Positions 1 to 9,946 of a stretch of DNA of 38,395 nucleotides are shown piece by piece (the stretch's first letter is position 1; every line of letters starts with the position of its first letter). A program made the translations under genes and the position numbers. The notes under the pieces are model-generated. The model worked only from the letters and a program-made list of their open reading frames with translations, was not told the DNA's origin and did no database searches. The DNA comes from Octopus bimaculoides (lineage: Eukaryota), in contig NC_068981.1 in the NCBI RefSeq assembly GCF_001194135.2, positions 197,663,525-197,701,919 of the forward strand, in the 5' to 3' direction.

Positions 1-101
1 ATATATATAATATATTGTGAGTGCGCATAAATGTGTCTGTATGATTGTATTACATAAATATATACATACATACATACATACATACATACATACATACATA
101 C

Positions 102-212
102 AAAAATACCTTGTTGTTGATGTTGAAATTCCAAATAAGGTGCCTTGGATCTAAGGTTAGAAACCGGTTCTTTCTCTATTGGCAAGAAATTTTGAAATAA
201 ACTGAATAATGA
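102..212 (+). mobile_element. 3' UTR-only fragment of an R4/Dong-type RLE LINE embedded in (CATA)n
   Basis: Shares GTTAGAAACCGGTTC(T/C)TTC with the 3' UTR that follows the RLE ORF ending at 2293 (about 2340-2360). Flanked on both sides by (CATA)n (about 63-101 and 215-272). Confidence 0.6.
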
Positions 213-280
213 TATACATACATACACGCATGCATACATACATACATACATACATACATACATACATACATACTGACTGA

Positions 281-1150
281 CTGGTATCAAAAGGTTTCCC
301 GGACTAGTTCCGTAGCACGCCAACTGATGGCAGCACACACGGTTGCCTGTGCAGTGTGTTGAGCTAGCAGTGTGTTGAGCTAGCAGTGTGTTGAGCTAGC
401 AGTGTGTTGAGCTAGCAGTGTGTTGAGTGACATCGCTGCGTATACTTTGCAAGTTGTGACGTTTGTGTTTTTGTGATCACGTACATGCTGCCATGGACAG
501 GAACAAAGAGCTAACGTGAAATTCTACGTGAAATTTGGGAAATTCTGCTATAAAGACATTGGACGGTACGCAATGTTTCGAGTGGCACGGGCGCTTCAAA
601 AGCAGAAGAACGCCCCTGGAAGATGATAAGTGAGTTGGAAGACCTGCCACAAGCGTCACTCGCATCCCAAGTGTGGTATTGTGCATCGAGAGTTCGACCC
701 CCCCCCCCGAGTCAGACTGTCAATCGAGAGTTCTACTACGACGTTTTGAAGCGTTTGAGGGAGGATATTCGGTGAAAGCGACCGGATCTGTGGAGCGCAA
801 AGAATTGAATTCTTCACGACGACAATGACTCTCCTCACTCGCAGCTTCCGTAGCCGCCCTGTTTACCATATTTAGCACCTGAAGACTTCTATCTCTTCTC
901 CGAGATGAAAATACAGCTCAAAGGTTACCGTTTTAACACCGTGGTCGATATCCAGAGCGAATTGCAGAAGGTGCTCCCTCGACTCGCTTACGGAAAACTA
1001 CATCCAGGCCGCATTCCAAAAGTGGTAGGAACGCTGGGACTGGTGTATTGCTGTGCAAGGTGATTATTCCGAAGGAGACGATGTTGAAACTCATGTAAAT
1101 AGGCTATTTTTTATGAAACGTAACTAATCCGGGAAACTCTGTTACCAGCT
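281..1150 (+). mobile_element. Internally deleted mariner DNA transposon with both TIRs and transposase pseudogene
   Basis: TIRs: ctggtatcaaaaggtttcccggactagt (281-308) versus the reverse complement of actaatccgggaaactctgttaccag (1123-1148). N-terminal HTH remnant ANVKFYVKFG..TQCFEWHGRFKS..LEDD..GRP (about 490-660) is joined to catalytic remnants GIVHREF.PP.QTVNREFYYDVLKRLREDIR*KRPDLW..N*ILHDDN and LAPEDFYLFSEMKIQLKGYRF..FQKW*ERWDWCIAVQGDYSEGD (to about 1080). Confidence 0.9.
351..427. repeat. 16-bp minisatellite GCAGTGTGTTGAGCTA x4.8 inside the mariner 5' UTR
   Basis: Exact tandem units read directly from the sequence. Confidence 0.95.
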
Positions 1151-1158
1151 CGAGCATA

Positions 1159-1481
1159 AGGAGGAGCACTCCGTCGGTTACGACGAGGAGGGTCCCAGCT
1201 GATCCGATCAACGGAACAGCTTGCTCATGAAATTAACGTGCAAGTGGCTGAGCACTCCACAGACACGTGTACCCTTAACGTAGTTCTCAGGGAGATTCAG
1301 CGTGACACAGTGTGTGACAAGGCCGGCCCTTTGAAATACAGGTACTACTCATTTTTGCCAGCTGAGTGGACTGGAGCAACGTGAAATAAGGTGTCTTGCT
1401 CAAGGACACAACGCGTCGCCGGGAATCGAACTCACGACCTTACGATCGTGAGCCGAGTGCCCTAACCACTAAGCCACGCGC
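1159..1481 (-). mobile_element. tRNA-headed SINE, family C (CORE-like middle)
   Basis: Minus-strand A box TGGCTTAGTGG and B box GAGTTCGATTCC. Middle reads TGTGTCCTTGAGCAAGACAC..CTCCAGTCCACTCAGCTG. TSD CTCGAGCATA at 1149-1158 and 1482-1491. The 3' ~170 bp is shared with 19402-19786. Confidence 0.9.
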
Positions 1482-1508
1482 CTCGAGCATACATGCTTAT
1501 ACACACGG

Positions 1509-1890
1509 ATATGTTTTGTTCTGGAAATAAGCTGTCCTCTGGATACAAATGTGGTTAGAAAACTACAAGAGAAAGAGGACATCTATGGACCATTGATAAA
1601 GAGTTCGCAAATCCAGTGGTCAAGATACACTTTCAGCTTCATGCCCGTTATTAGTTGAGGAACAGGAAACATACCAACTCGTATGGAGCAAAGCATGGAT
1701 GAAATTGGAGTCTTAGGGAGAGAATACAAGTCCTTAATTCCTACACTACTAATGATCGCAATATCTGGGACAATAAGAATCTGTCAGACCTTCTTAAGAT
1801 TTACAGGATGACGGCGAAATCAAGAGACTTTCCTTCACAACCTTGTTTCCAAGTTGGTGACCGACCAACATTTACTCTAAATTCAAAAAG
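1509..1890 (+). mobile_element. 5'-truncated R4/Dong-type LINE, RLE domain pseudogene plus 3' UTR
   Basis: Frame 1509-1811 reads ICFVLEISCPLDTNVVRKLQEKEDIYGPL..FMPVIS*GTGNIP..ISGTIRICQTFLRFTG*, with one internal stop. The 3' UTR runs into (CATA)n at about 1900. Confidence 0.85.
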
Positions 1891-1934
1891 AGAGAGTATA
1901 CCTACATACATACATACATACATACATACATGCA

Positions 1935-2390
1935 TACACAAAGCAAAACATGTCAAACGATTGGATATTGTTCTTTGGGACAAGAAAAAGTATATACCGC
2001 CATAGAGGTCAGCAGCCCTGCTGATGTGCACATCTCTCTGAATAATCAAAGCGAAATTGGATAACTACGGATAAAGGCTTGGAAACCGCCGGCTCCTACA
2101 TCCAGACTATAAATTCACGTTTATACGAATAATAACTGATGCGTTTGGTCTTGTGAATAAATGCCTAAGTGATGAGCTGGGTAAGCCAGGGTTTCTAGAA
2201 AAGGAAAACAACCAACTAAGCCGCACATTGCAAATGCAATCTTTAAATGGAACAGTAAAGATATGCAAGACTTTTCTCAAGTTTAAATTGTGACAAAGTT
2301 TTTGTTATACACATTCTAACGACGGAGCTTTTTATCGTTGTTAGAAACCGGTTCCTTCCTCAGAGGAAGAATTTAAACAATTAAAAACAG
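1935..2390 (+). mobile_element. Second 5'-truncated R4/Dong-type LINE RLE remnant plus 3' UTR
   Basis: KHVKRLDIVLWDKKK / IEVSSPADVHISL / AFGLVNKCLSDELGK..TLQMQSLNGTVKICKTFLKFKL* (stop 2291-2293), frameshifted. Starts immediately after (CATA)n. Confidence 0.85.
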
Positions 2391-2469
2391 AGGGGACTGT
2401 GCACATATTTCTGCCAATATTGACCTAAGCCATGTCTAACTTCATGTCGCCATCTGATGAAACATTTTA

Positions 2470-2830
2470 AGTCAAGTCATATCTTATTCACTTGATGCCA
2501 CGTAAGAGTAGAGAGTTGTCTGGGATTTCTTGGAGGAATTTGTGCAGGTATTGTTTAAATATTGTGTCGTCTTTTTTTATCTATTCTTTTTGCGATATTG
2601 TCGAATAAAGCAAACCGGTGGAGGAAGAAAAGGCTGCGTCGCAATTTTGTTATATGATGAGAGCTCAATGTTTGTAAAGGACGATGATCCTGAGTCCAAG
2701 CCTTGGGTGAAGTATGAACTTGATACTAACATCATTTGGACTGTGTTGGTGGAATATTTTCTGTACTGAACGAGTGTTGTAGTGCTCACAAAGTGGGATC
2801 TTATTGAAATTTGTAATGTTGAACCTGACA
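2470..2830 (-). mobile_element. Degenerate CR1/L2-group LINE ORF2 C-terminus
   Basis: Minus-strand remnant FKQYLHKFLQEIPDN resembles the FK..LD.FL..IPD C-terminal motif of CR1/L2-type ORF2; many stops. Confidence 0.55.
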
Positions 2831-2899
2831 TTAACAAAAACCTTCGACCGTCTCTAAGCTACAAATGAGATAAAACTTGCTGTCAAAAGGCTCGTCTCA

Positions 2900-3420
2900 C
2901 GTCTGATGGATTGATTGTTTCATCTCAGAGTGTAGACCCACACTCTTTCAACCGTGGTGTGACCCTGGGTTCGGCTTTCTCTCCAATATTCTTCCTCCTC
3001 AATATAAACGACCTATTTACCGTCACTTTCAAAAACGCCAACCCTTGCACAAATAACACCACCTTTCGTTCGTCTTCCATTTTCTGTGCCCGACCCACGA
3101 TCCGCACAGTCTAAATACCTGACATTAAATCTACCTTGATTCTTTGAAGGACGTTCTCTAATGGGTTTCTATCAACGTTCTTTCCTTCAACAACAAAAAC
3201 CAGCACCGAGTTATCACCCATAAGCATCTCCCATCCCCCACCTCTAACATCAACTCAACCGCAAATCTCGACATTGTTTTTAAAGTTTTGGCGTCGCTAT
3301 TCCTGAGAATCTCTCGGAACCACTTCCCTTACGCTTCAGAACTAAACGACAATTCAGTTCTCAGCAACTGGTCACGTGTCACTCCCGCTCCCCATCTCAC
3401 TGCATCGTGTCAGCCATGTT
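2900..3420 (+). pseudogene. Degenerate non-LTR reverse transcriptase fragment (CR1/Jockey group)
   Basis: HSFNRGVTLGSAFSPIFFLLNINDL matches the GVPQGS.LSP.LF.L.INDL motif. The YADD position has decayed to CTNN. Downstream remnant KRQFSSQQLVT. Confidence 0.75.
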
Positions 3421-3527
3421 GGGTCTAACGTTCACCCCACCCCACCCTTATTAACCGCCGCAGACAAATCTTGGCAACTCAGAATGGGAGAGCAAAAGTA
3501 GCAGTGATCCTTACATCACCACCACCG

Positions 3528-4180
3528 CCGCAGCCACCACCACCACCACCACCACCACCACNNNNNNNNNNNNNNNNNNNNNNNNNNNNNNNNNNNNNNN
3601 NNNNNNNNNNNNNNNNNNNNNNNNNNNNNNNNNNNNNNNNNNNNNNNNNNNNNNNNNNNNNNNNNNNNNNNNNNNNNNNNNNNNNNNNNNNNNNNNNNNN
3701 NNNNNNNNNNNNNNNNNNNNNNNNNNNNNNNNNNNNNNNNNNNNNNNNNNNNNNNNNNNNNNNNNNNNNNNNNNNNNNNNNNNNNNNNNNNNNNNNNNNN
3801 NNNNNNNNNNNNNNNNNNNNNNNNNNNNNNNNNNNNNNNNNNNNNNNNNNNNNNNNNNNNNNNNNNNNNNNNNNNNNNNNNNNNNNNNNNNNNNNNNNNN
3901 NNNNNNNNNNNNNNNNNNNNNNNNNNNNNNNNNNNNNNNNNNNNNNNNNNNNNNNNNNNNNNNNNNNNNNNNNNNNNNNNNNNNNNNNNNNNNNNNNNNN
4001 NNNNNNNNNNNNNNNNNNNNNNNNNNNNNNNNNNNNNNNNNNGCACTTCTACCAACACCACAGCACCACCACCATAACGACTATCACTCTGACCGTCACC
4101 ACCACCACCACCACCACCACCACCGCCGCCGCCGCCGCCACTACTACCTCCACCTCACTCAACAACAACAACAACAATAA
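3528..4180. repeat. Compound trinucleotide microsatellite (ACC/GCC/ACT/AAC) spanning a gap
   Basis: Direct reading. It produces the spurious poly-P/T/A/N ORFs. Confidence 0.95.
3562..4042. other. Assembly gap. Other gaps: 4697-5416, 11521-11753, 15428-15688, 18564-19095, 24218-24227, 25147-25156, 25471-25782, 31154-31343
   Basis: Runs of N, most flanked by microsatellites. Confidence 0.99.
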
Positions 4181-4539
4181 TCCGACTTCCCCACAGTCGT
4201 TGATGTTTAACCCCAAGCTGATCCGTCTTCCTGTTGCATCACAACACAATCTGAATTGGCTCCTCTATGCAGTCGCTGTATCTCCTCGAAATAGCAGCCA
4301 CAACTACCTCAAATCAGGCGCTACCACCCGACAAAAGGAATTACACAATCGTCAATGTAGTCCTAGATACACTATGTGGGCTCGGTTAAGTTCACTTGGG
4401 GCTAAACAACATTTCTACTCATAAATTGTTACCATTTATCGTACTTTAAGAGAGAGAGAGGGGGAGAGAGTATTATGGTTTACTTATTTGAATATGTATT
4501 TTCTTAAGAAGACATTTTTGTCCATGTTGTGTGTGATAA

Positions 4540-4696
4540 TATTTACATTAATGTATATAGTTGAAATTTACAGAAAAACAAAAGACGAAGACAGGTGTAG
4601 AAACAACAAGCAGGTGTATTAGTTTGACGCTCGGGAAGGTGAGAAAGTCTTTTACGTTTCGAGCCTACGCTCTTCAACAGAAAGGAATAAGAGAAA
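4540..4696 (-). mobile_element. Penelope-like element terminal-repeat fragment with hammerhead-like motif
   Basis: GTATTAG..ACGTTTCGA..CTCTTC layout is shared with 35450-35580. Minus strand contains CTGTTGA-A-GAGCgtagGCTC-GAAACGTA. Confidence 0.6.
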
Positions 4697-5416
4697 NNNN
4701 NNNNNNNNNNNNNNNNNNNNNNNNNNNNNNNNNNNNNNNNNNNNNNNNNNNNNNNNNNNNNNNNNNNNNNNNNNNNNNNNNNNNNNNNNNNNNNNNNNNN
4801 NNNNNNNNNNNNNNNNNNNNNNNNNNNNNNNNNNNNNNNNNNNNNNNNNNNNNNNNNNNNNNNNNNNNNNNNNNNNNNNNNNNNNNNNNNNNNNNNNNNN
4901 NNNNNNNNNNNNNNNNNNNNNNNNNNNNNNNNNNNNNNNNNNNNNNNNNNNNNNNNNNNNNNNNNNNNNNNNNNNNNNNNNNNNNNNNNNNNNNNNNNNN
5001 NNNNNNNNNNNNNNNNNNNNNNNNNNNNNNNNNNNNNNNNNNNNNNNNNNNNNNNNNNNNNNNNNNNNNNNNNNNNNNNNNNNNNNNNNNNNNNNNNNNN
5101 NNNNNNNNNNNNNNNNNNNNNNNNNNNNNNNNNNNNNNNNNNNNNNNNNNNNNNNNNNNNNNNNNNNNNNNNNNNNNNNNNNNNNNNNNNNNNNNNNNNN
5201 NNNNNNNNNNNNNNNNNNNNNNNNNNNNNNNNNNNNNNNNNNNNNNNNNNNNNNNNNNNNNNNNNNNNNNNNNNNNNNNNNNNNNNNNNNNNNNNNNNNN
5301 NNNNNNNNNNNNNNNNNNNNNNNNNNNNNNNNNNNNNNNNNNNNNNNNNNNNNNNNNNNNNNNNNNNNNNNNNNNNNNNNNNNNNNNNNNNNNNNNNNNN
5401 NNNNNNNNNNNNNNNN

Positions 5417-5575
5417 TTCTGGCGTGTTTACGGCCCCGTAACTCAGCGGTTCGGTATGGGACCGATAGAATAAGTACTAGGTTTACAAAGAATAAGTCCT
5501 GGGGTCGATTTGCTCGACTAAAGGCGGTGCCCCAGCATGACCTAGTCAAGTGACTGAAACAAGTAAAAGAAAAGA
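5417..5575 (+). mobile_element. SINE family B, 3' half
   Basis: gtttacggccccgtaactcagcggttcgg..accgatagaataagtactagg..cagcatgacc..gactgaaacaagtaaaaga matches 29640-29808 and the reverse complement of 29885-30060. Confidence 0.9.
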
Positions 5576-5595
5576 AACTGTAAAAAAATTGATAA

Positions 5596-5809
5596 AATAT
5601 TCTTTTCTACTCTAGACACAAGGCCAGAAATTTTGGGGGAGGGGGCAAGTCGATTAGATTGACGCCAGTATGCAACTAGTACTTAATTTATCGACCTCGC
5701 AAGGAAGTGTCGACCTCGGCGTAATTTGAACTCAGAACGTAAAGACAGACGAAATATCGCTAAGCATTTCGCCCGGCGTGCTAACATTCCTACCAGCCCC
5801 CCCTGCCTT
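5596..5809 (-). mobile_element. SINE family A
   Basis: Reverse-complement match to 17177-17400. Confidence 0.9.
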
Positions 5810-6790
5810 AAATTGATAAGCTATTTTGTGTATTGTAGAAGTATGACCAGTTTATGGCGGGGGGTAGATTTTGACATCGCATAACGCCCCCTCTTTCCCT
5901 CCCCGAAGGGTCATATGAACAGCGGTTGGGAACGACGGATGTAGAAGCTCTGTCGCTGGTTGATTGTATCGACGTACCTGAAGACTTTGGTGTTGAATTG
6001 AGCGGAGGCGGACAGAGGTTGGTGGATCGCATTGCGGTAAATGTTGTTCTCTTGTCATTGTTGAGTGGGTGGCTCTAACGATGTTGTTGATACGGCCCAC
6101 ACTTATGTGTGTGTAGGTTTGTGCATGCATGTGCGCGCGTTTGTGTGTGGGTGTGCTTTACTGTTTGTCTGGACAGAGTAGGAGGAACAGCGGCTTTTAA
6201 AGATGGTGCAATGATGATGTTGTGGTGTGTTGCAGATGTGTCTAGACCGAGTGGAATAGATGTTGTTGTTAGGGTGGTGCTGTAGTATTAGACGGGATGA
6301 GGCCCTAAGCTATGTAAACCTTAGCGAGTACCTTGTTTAAACACCTTACTAGAAAAATTTCAGAGAATCTGAAAATATGTCTTAATCATTTTGTGGCCCT
6401 TAATTGTCACTTATTGTCTAAATCTGGTGGATTTTAGTGGATTTCCGTTGGTTTTAGACGGGGCTTATGGGAGGTGGTGGCGGGAGAAGGGGGCGGTTGT
6501 TCATCTTAGCGACAGGGAAACATACTATTACTGCATATGTTGCAGTTGCAGTCTGCTGTTGCAGCAACAAACCTTTAACGTGTTGCGTGGGAGTTTTTTT
6601 TAATGGACTAGTCATGGGTGGAAGGCGGCGTCCATCACCCTGTCCAGGATCCCACCCGTCGCCCAATCTGATGGAAGGAAGGAAGGAATAAGTTATCCTG
6701 AAAGAAGAAACCTGGCTCAAATATTTGTACCAGAAACCACTGAAGCCACCCGAGGTCCAACTGGCGGTGTTGACCCGGGACACGTCTTAA

Positions 6791-6981
6791 GTATCGGCTT
6801 CAAATTATGGCACAAGGCCAGCAGTTTCTGGGGACAGGTAAGTCGATTATATCGACCCCAGTGTTTAACTGCTACTTATTTTATCGATCCCGAAAGAATT
6901 AAAGGCAAAGTCGTAAAATCGGAAGAGATGTCGCAAAGCATTTCATCTGGCGCGCTGACGATTCTTCCAGCTCACTGCTTT
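6791..6981 (-). mobile_element. SINE family A (internally deleted) with TSD
   Basis: Homology to family A. TSD ACACGTCTTAA at 6780-6790 and 6982-6992. Confidence 0.85.
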
Positions 6982-7025
6982 ACACGTCTTAAATATTAAA
7001 TGTAACAAGAAAATAAGTTTATTGG

Positions 7026-7190
7026 CCAAGGGCGGTGGCTGGCAGAGTGTGGTGGTGGTGTTGGATTAAGTAGATATTTCACTTTCTGACATCAAATTCC
7101 AGAAATAATTACTGGTCAAGCGGTGTGGTCAATTTAATCGACTACATCCTTTCTTAATCATTTCGGGTCTTGTGTCGATATAAAATCAAT
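7026..7190 (+). mobile_element. Degenerate SINE family A
   Basis: ggcggtggctggcagag..ttctgacatcaaattcc..tttaatcgact..tttcgggtcttgtg. Confidence 0.6.
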
Positions 7191-7310
7191 ATAAATGTCG
7201 CTGAGAGGCAGTAATCTATATTTAAATTTTCATTGTATATCATTATTTTTAATTATATACAATTAGTTTTCTTGTATATGATTATTACCAAGTTGAAAGT
7301 TAGTGTTGGT

Positions 7311-7313
<3 letters not shown>

Positions 7314-7396
<83 letters not shown>
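7314..7396. repeat. (CT)n microsatellite. Other long arrays: (CA)n 13348-13460, (GT)n 16083-16200, (GAT)n 22143-22177, (CT)n 23325-23390
   Basis: Direct reading. Confidence 0.97.
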
Positions 7397-7399
<3 letters not shown>

Positions 7400-7805
7400 A
7401 ACGACTCCCTCTCCGCGCCTGTTTACAACATTCCCCCCTCCACCCTTCCGCCTGTGTTGTTGGTTTTACACAAGCTCTGTTTGTATCAGGAGATTATTTA
7501 GCAATATGGCCGAATCTGTTGTTCACTTCATTGATAATTTCGTGTTGCAGTCTGACTACGGAGTTACACATCGGCTGGATTTCAAGAGACATCCCTCTGC
7601 TGCCATAATTATATTAAATATTAGGGCCATGATAAGCAACTAACTTTCTCATAAGGATTCTTGGATGTTTACAATGGGATTATTTCCTCAGACATCCCAC
7701 CACGACCACCACCACCAACAGCTAAACTTGTTGCCTCAGGATTTCAAATCGTACACTGCTGCCATGTTGTTCCATGCACGCTAGATCTATTTACGGGGGG
7801 GGGGG

Positions 7806-8000
7806 GGTTCTGATTTCGGCACCAGACCAGCAATTTTAGGGGAAGGGTGTGGGCAAGTTGATTACATCTCCCCGAGTACTTTACCGGTACTTTGTTTTAT
7901 AGACCGCGAAAGGATGAAAGGCGAAATCGACTGGCTAAATTTGAAGTTAAAACGTAAAAAAGCAGGGTGAGCATTTTGTCCGACGCACTGACATTATTCC
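7806..8000 (-). mobile_element. Degenerate SINE family A
   Basis: ggcaccagaccagcaattt..gattacatc..gaaaggatgaaaggcgaaatcgac..tttgaagttaaaacgtaaa. Confidence 0.75.
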
Positions 8001-8052
8001 ATATAATCCGATTTAAGAGTGATGTTTGACACTGTTTGCTGGGGAGAGAATA

Positions 8053-8480
8053 CTTCTTCTTGTCTTGCAACGGCATCTACCCGGGTGGGTTTAAGCTGGC
8101 TCCTGTTGAGTTCACCGCATCACGGGTCAAGCGGTTCATGTGCGTCTGACGGCGGCCGATTCTGTAGCGTGTTGAAGCCATTCCCGGTTCCAGCGACTAC
8201 CGGCAGACTCGGAGTGCCGGAAGCGGGCTCCATGTCCGCTTTGACTGTCATGAGTCATGTCTTCAGCTGATCCCCTCTCTGCCTACGCTAACCTGGAGGA
8301 GGATCTGGTGCCATCACCTTCCGGACGAGTTCGTCATGGGGGTACCGCAACGCGTGACTAAACCACCGCAGTCTCCTCATCAGAAGGACGATCAGAGTCC
8401 GCGAAACACAGTTCCCGTCTGTATAAGTAGAAGCCGCTGCTTTCATTATACACGACCTGTGGAATGTCGTCCTCATTTTA
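8053..8480 (-). mobile_element. 3' end of an RTE-clade LINE (ORF2 C-terminus pseudogene)
   Basis: RRLRWFSHALRYPHDELVRKVMAPDPPPG*RRQRGDQLKT*LMTVKADMEP matches the RTE RRLRW.GH..R..PG.R.RG..KTW motif. Ends in a short-repeat tail, CAAGACAAGAAGAAG. Confidence 0.8.
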
Positions 8481-8879
8481 CGTCTTCTCGCCGCAGATGC
8501 GATCCAACTTAACTAGGAAGCCGCCGGGTTCCGGAACAGGTGCCGCTTTGAATTCATCATTGCTCTTCAGTCAGCCAAGTTGCGACCCTAGCACTACCGG
8601 TGTCAGACCTGTCCGCCTTGCGTGGCCCTACCAGGGACTCGAAATCCTCGACGGCATAGCTCTGGCACTCACTCGTTTAACCTTCCCACCACGATGAGAT
8701 CAAGAGTTGGACTTTGAGGAAGGAAGAGAATACATAAAACGTAAAATATTCTCAAGTACGTGGTGTGCGTGTCAATAAGTAGCAATGGTCATATATGGGT
8801 TTCCGGGCCATGGTTCAATAAACAAATAAACATGTACAATTACAGAGCGGGAGCACTATGCAGTGATCAATGAAATTGC

Positions 8880-9212
8880 AATGTTATTATTAGCCCGAAA
8901 ATGCTTGAGTCACGTTCGAACTGGGGATGAAGCTACTCACTGCGTTTTGTCACGGAGAATATATCTCACTTGTTGACAAATGGTGTGTACACACTTAGGT
9001 CAGCTCGCAGCGCCACCTACCTACACTGTGGAGACAGGTCCTCCGAAATGTTAACATCTCACAGTCTAGGTAGGTGGCGCTGTGAGCTGATCTAGTTGTA
9101 TACACACCATTTTGTTAACAAGCGAGATATATTCTCCGTGACGAAGCGCAGCGAGTAGCTTGTTTCTTCAATTCGAACGTGCTTCAAGCATACTCGGACC
9201 AATAATAGCATT
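8880..9212. mobile_element. Foldback (long-TIR) MITE-like element, unclassified
   Basis: Arms of about 155 bp (8880-9033 and 9057-9212) are roughly 80% reverse-complementary around a ~23-nt loop. Confidence 0.8.
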
Positions 9213-9834
9213 AGAAATATGTACAATGTCTCCTGGATAAGACACCAAACCACGGCAGATAACATTCCCTGTTATTCAACTTAGAGAGAAAGCTGAACTG
9301 AACTGCAATACAACATGATAGTCGCTCCTGTCTCGGTTTCGACGCAGGACTGTTTGAAGGAGAGGACTTAAAGAGAGTAATAGAAAGAAAAAGAAGACAA
9401 CACTAAGAAGCTGCATCCGTTTGCGATGGATGCGTGAATGTAATTTGGGTCGAGGGATGGGTTTTGCTATGAAGGTGCAATGGGGAGATTATTTATCAAT
9501 CAACAGATCTCGCGTATCTGGAACAACATGGCAGCAGTGAATCATTTAAAATCCAGAGGTTATGAGTTTAGCTGTTGGCGGTGGTGGTCGTGGTGGTGGT
9601 AGAGTAGATTTGAACTCAAGTATTATGTGTTAGTGTTCAACAACTTTATGTATTCGACTTTGGAGCGGCGGTTTCAGCGTGGAAGCCATGTATTTTAAGA
9701 GGAATCGAAAAGGGGCTTCCAGGGGCTTCCAGGGTCTCTATGTTCAGAGAGTATGATACGTGGGATAGAGTTAATGTTGACACTCTACTATAAAGAGTTT
9801 GAGTCAGAGAGTTGTATAAGACGCAGCAATGAGA

Positions 9835-9946
9835 GAGTGGAACTGTTTGAGTGGAGCTGTTTGAGTGGAGCTGTTTGAGTGGAGCTGTTTAAGTTGAGCT
9901 GTTTGAGTGGAGCTGTTTGAGTGGAGCTGTTTGAGTGGAGCTGTTT
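9835..9946. repeat. 14-bp minisatellite GAGTGGAGCTGTTT x8
   Basis: Eight tandem units, two of them variant. Confidence 0.95.

Noticed and set aside
351-427. CRISPR-like appearance of the 16-bp and 14-bp (9835-9946) repeats
   Set aside because: Head-to-tail tandem units with no spacers, no cas genes, eukaryotic context.
1400-1481. tRNA-like sequences (also 17177, 19402, 33144 and family B heads)
   Set aside because: A/B boxes are present but I could not build complete cloverleafs, and they continue into SINE bodies with TSDs; not tRNA genes.
3471-5553. Long ORFs of 181-330 aa in the track, likewise those across the other gaps
   Set aside because: They run through N gaps and microsatellites; artefacts.
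5870-6300. Possible further LINE remnant on the minus strand
   Set aside because: No motif could be read with confidence.
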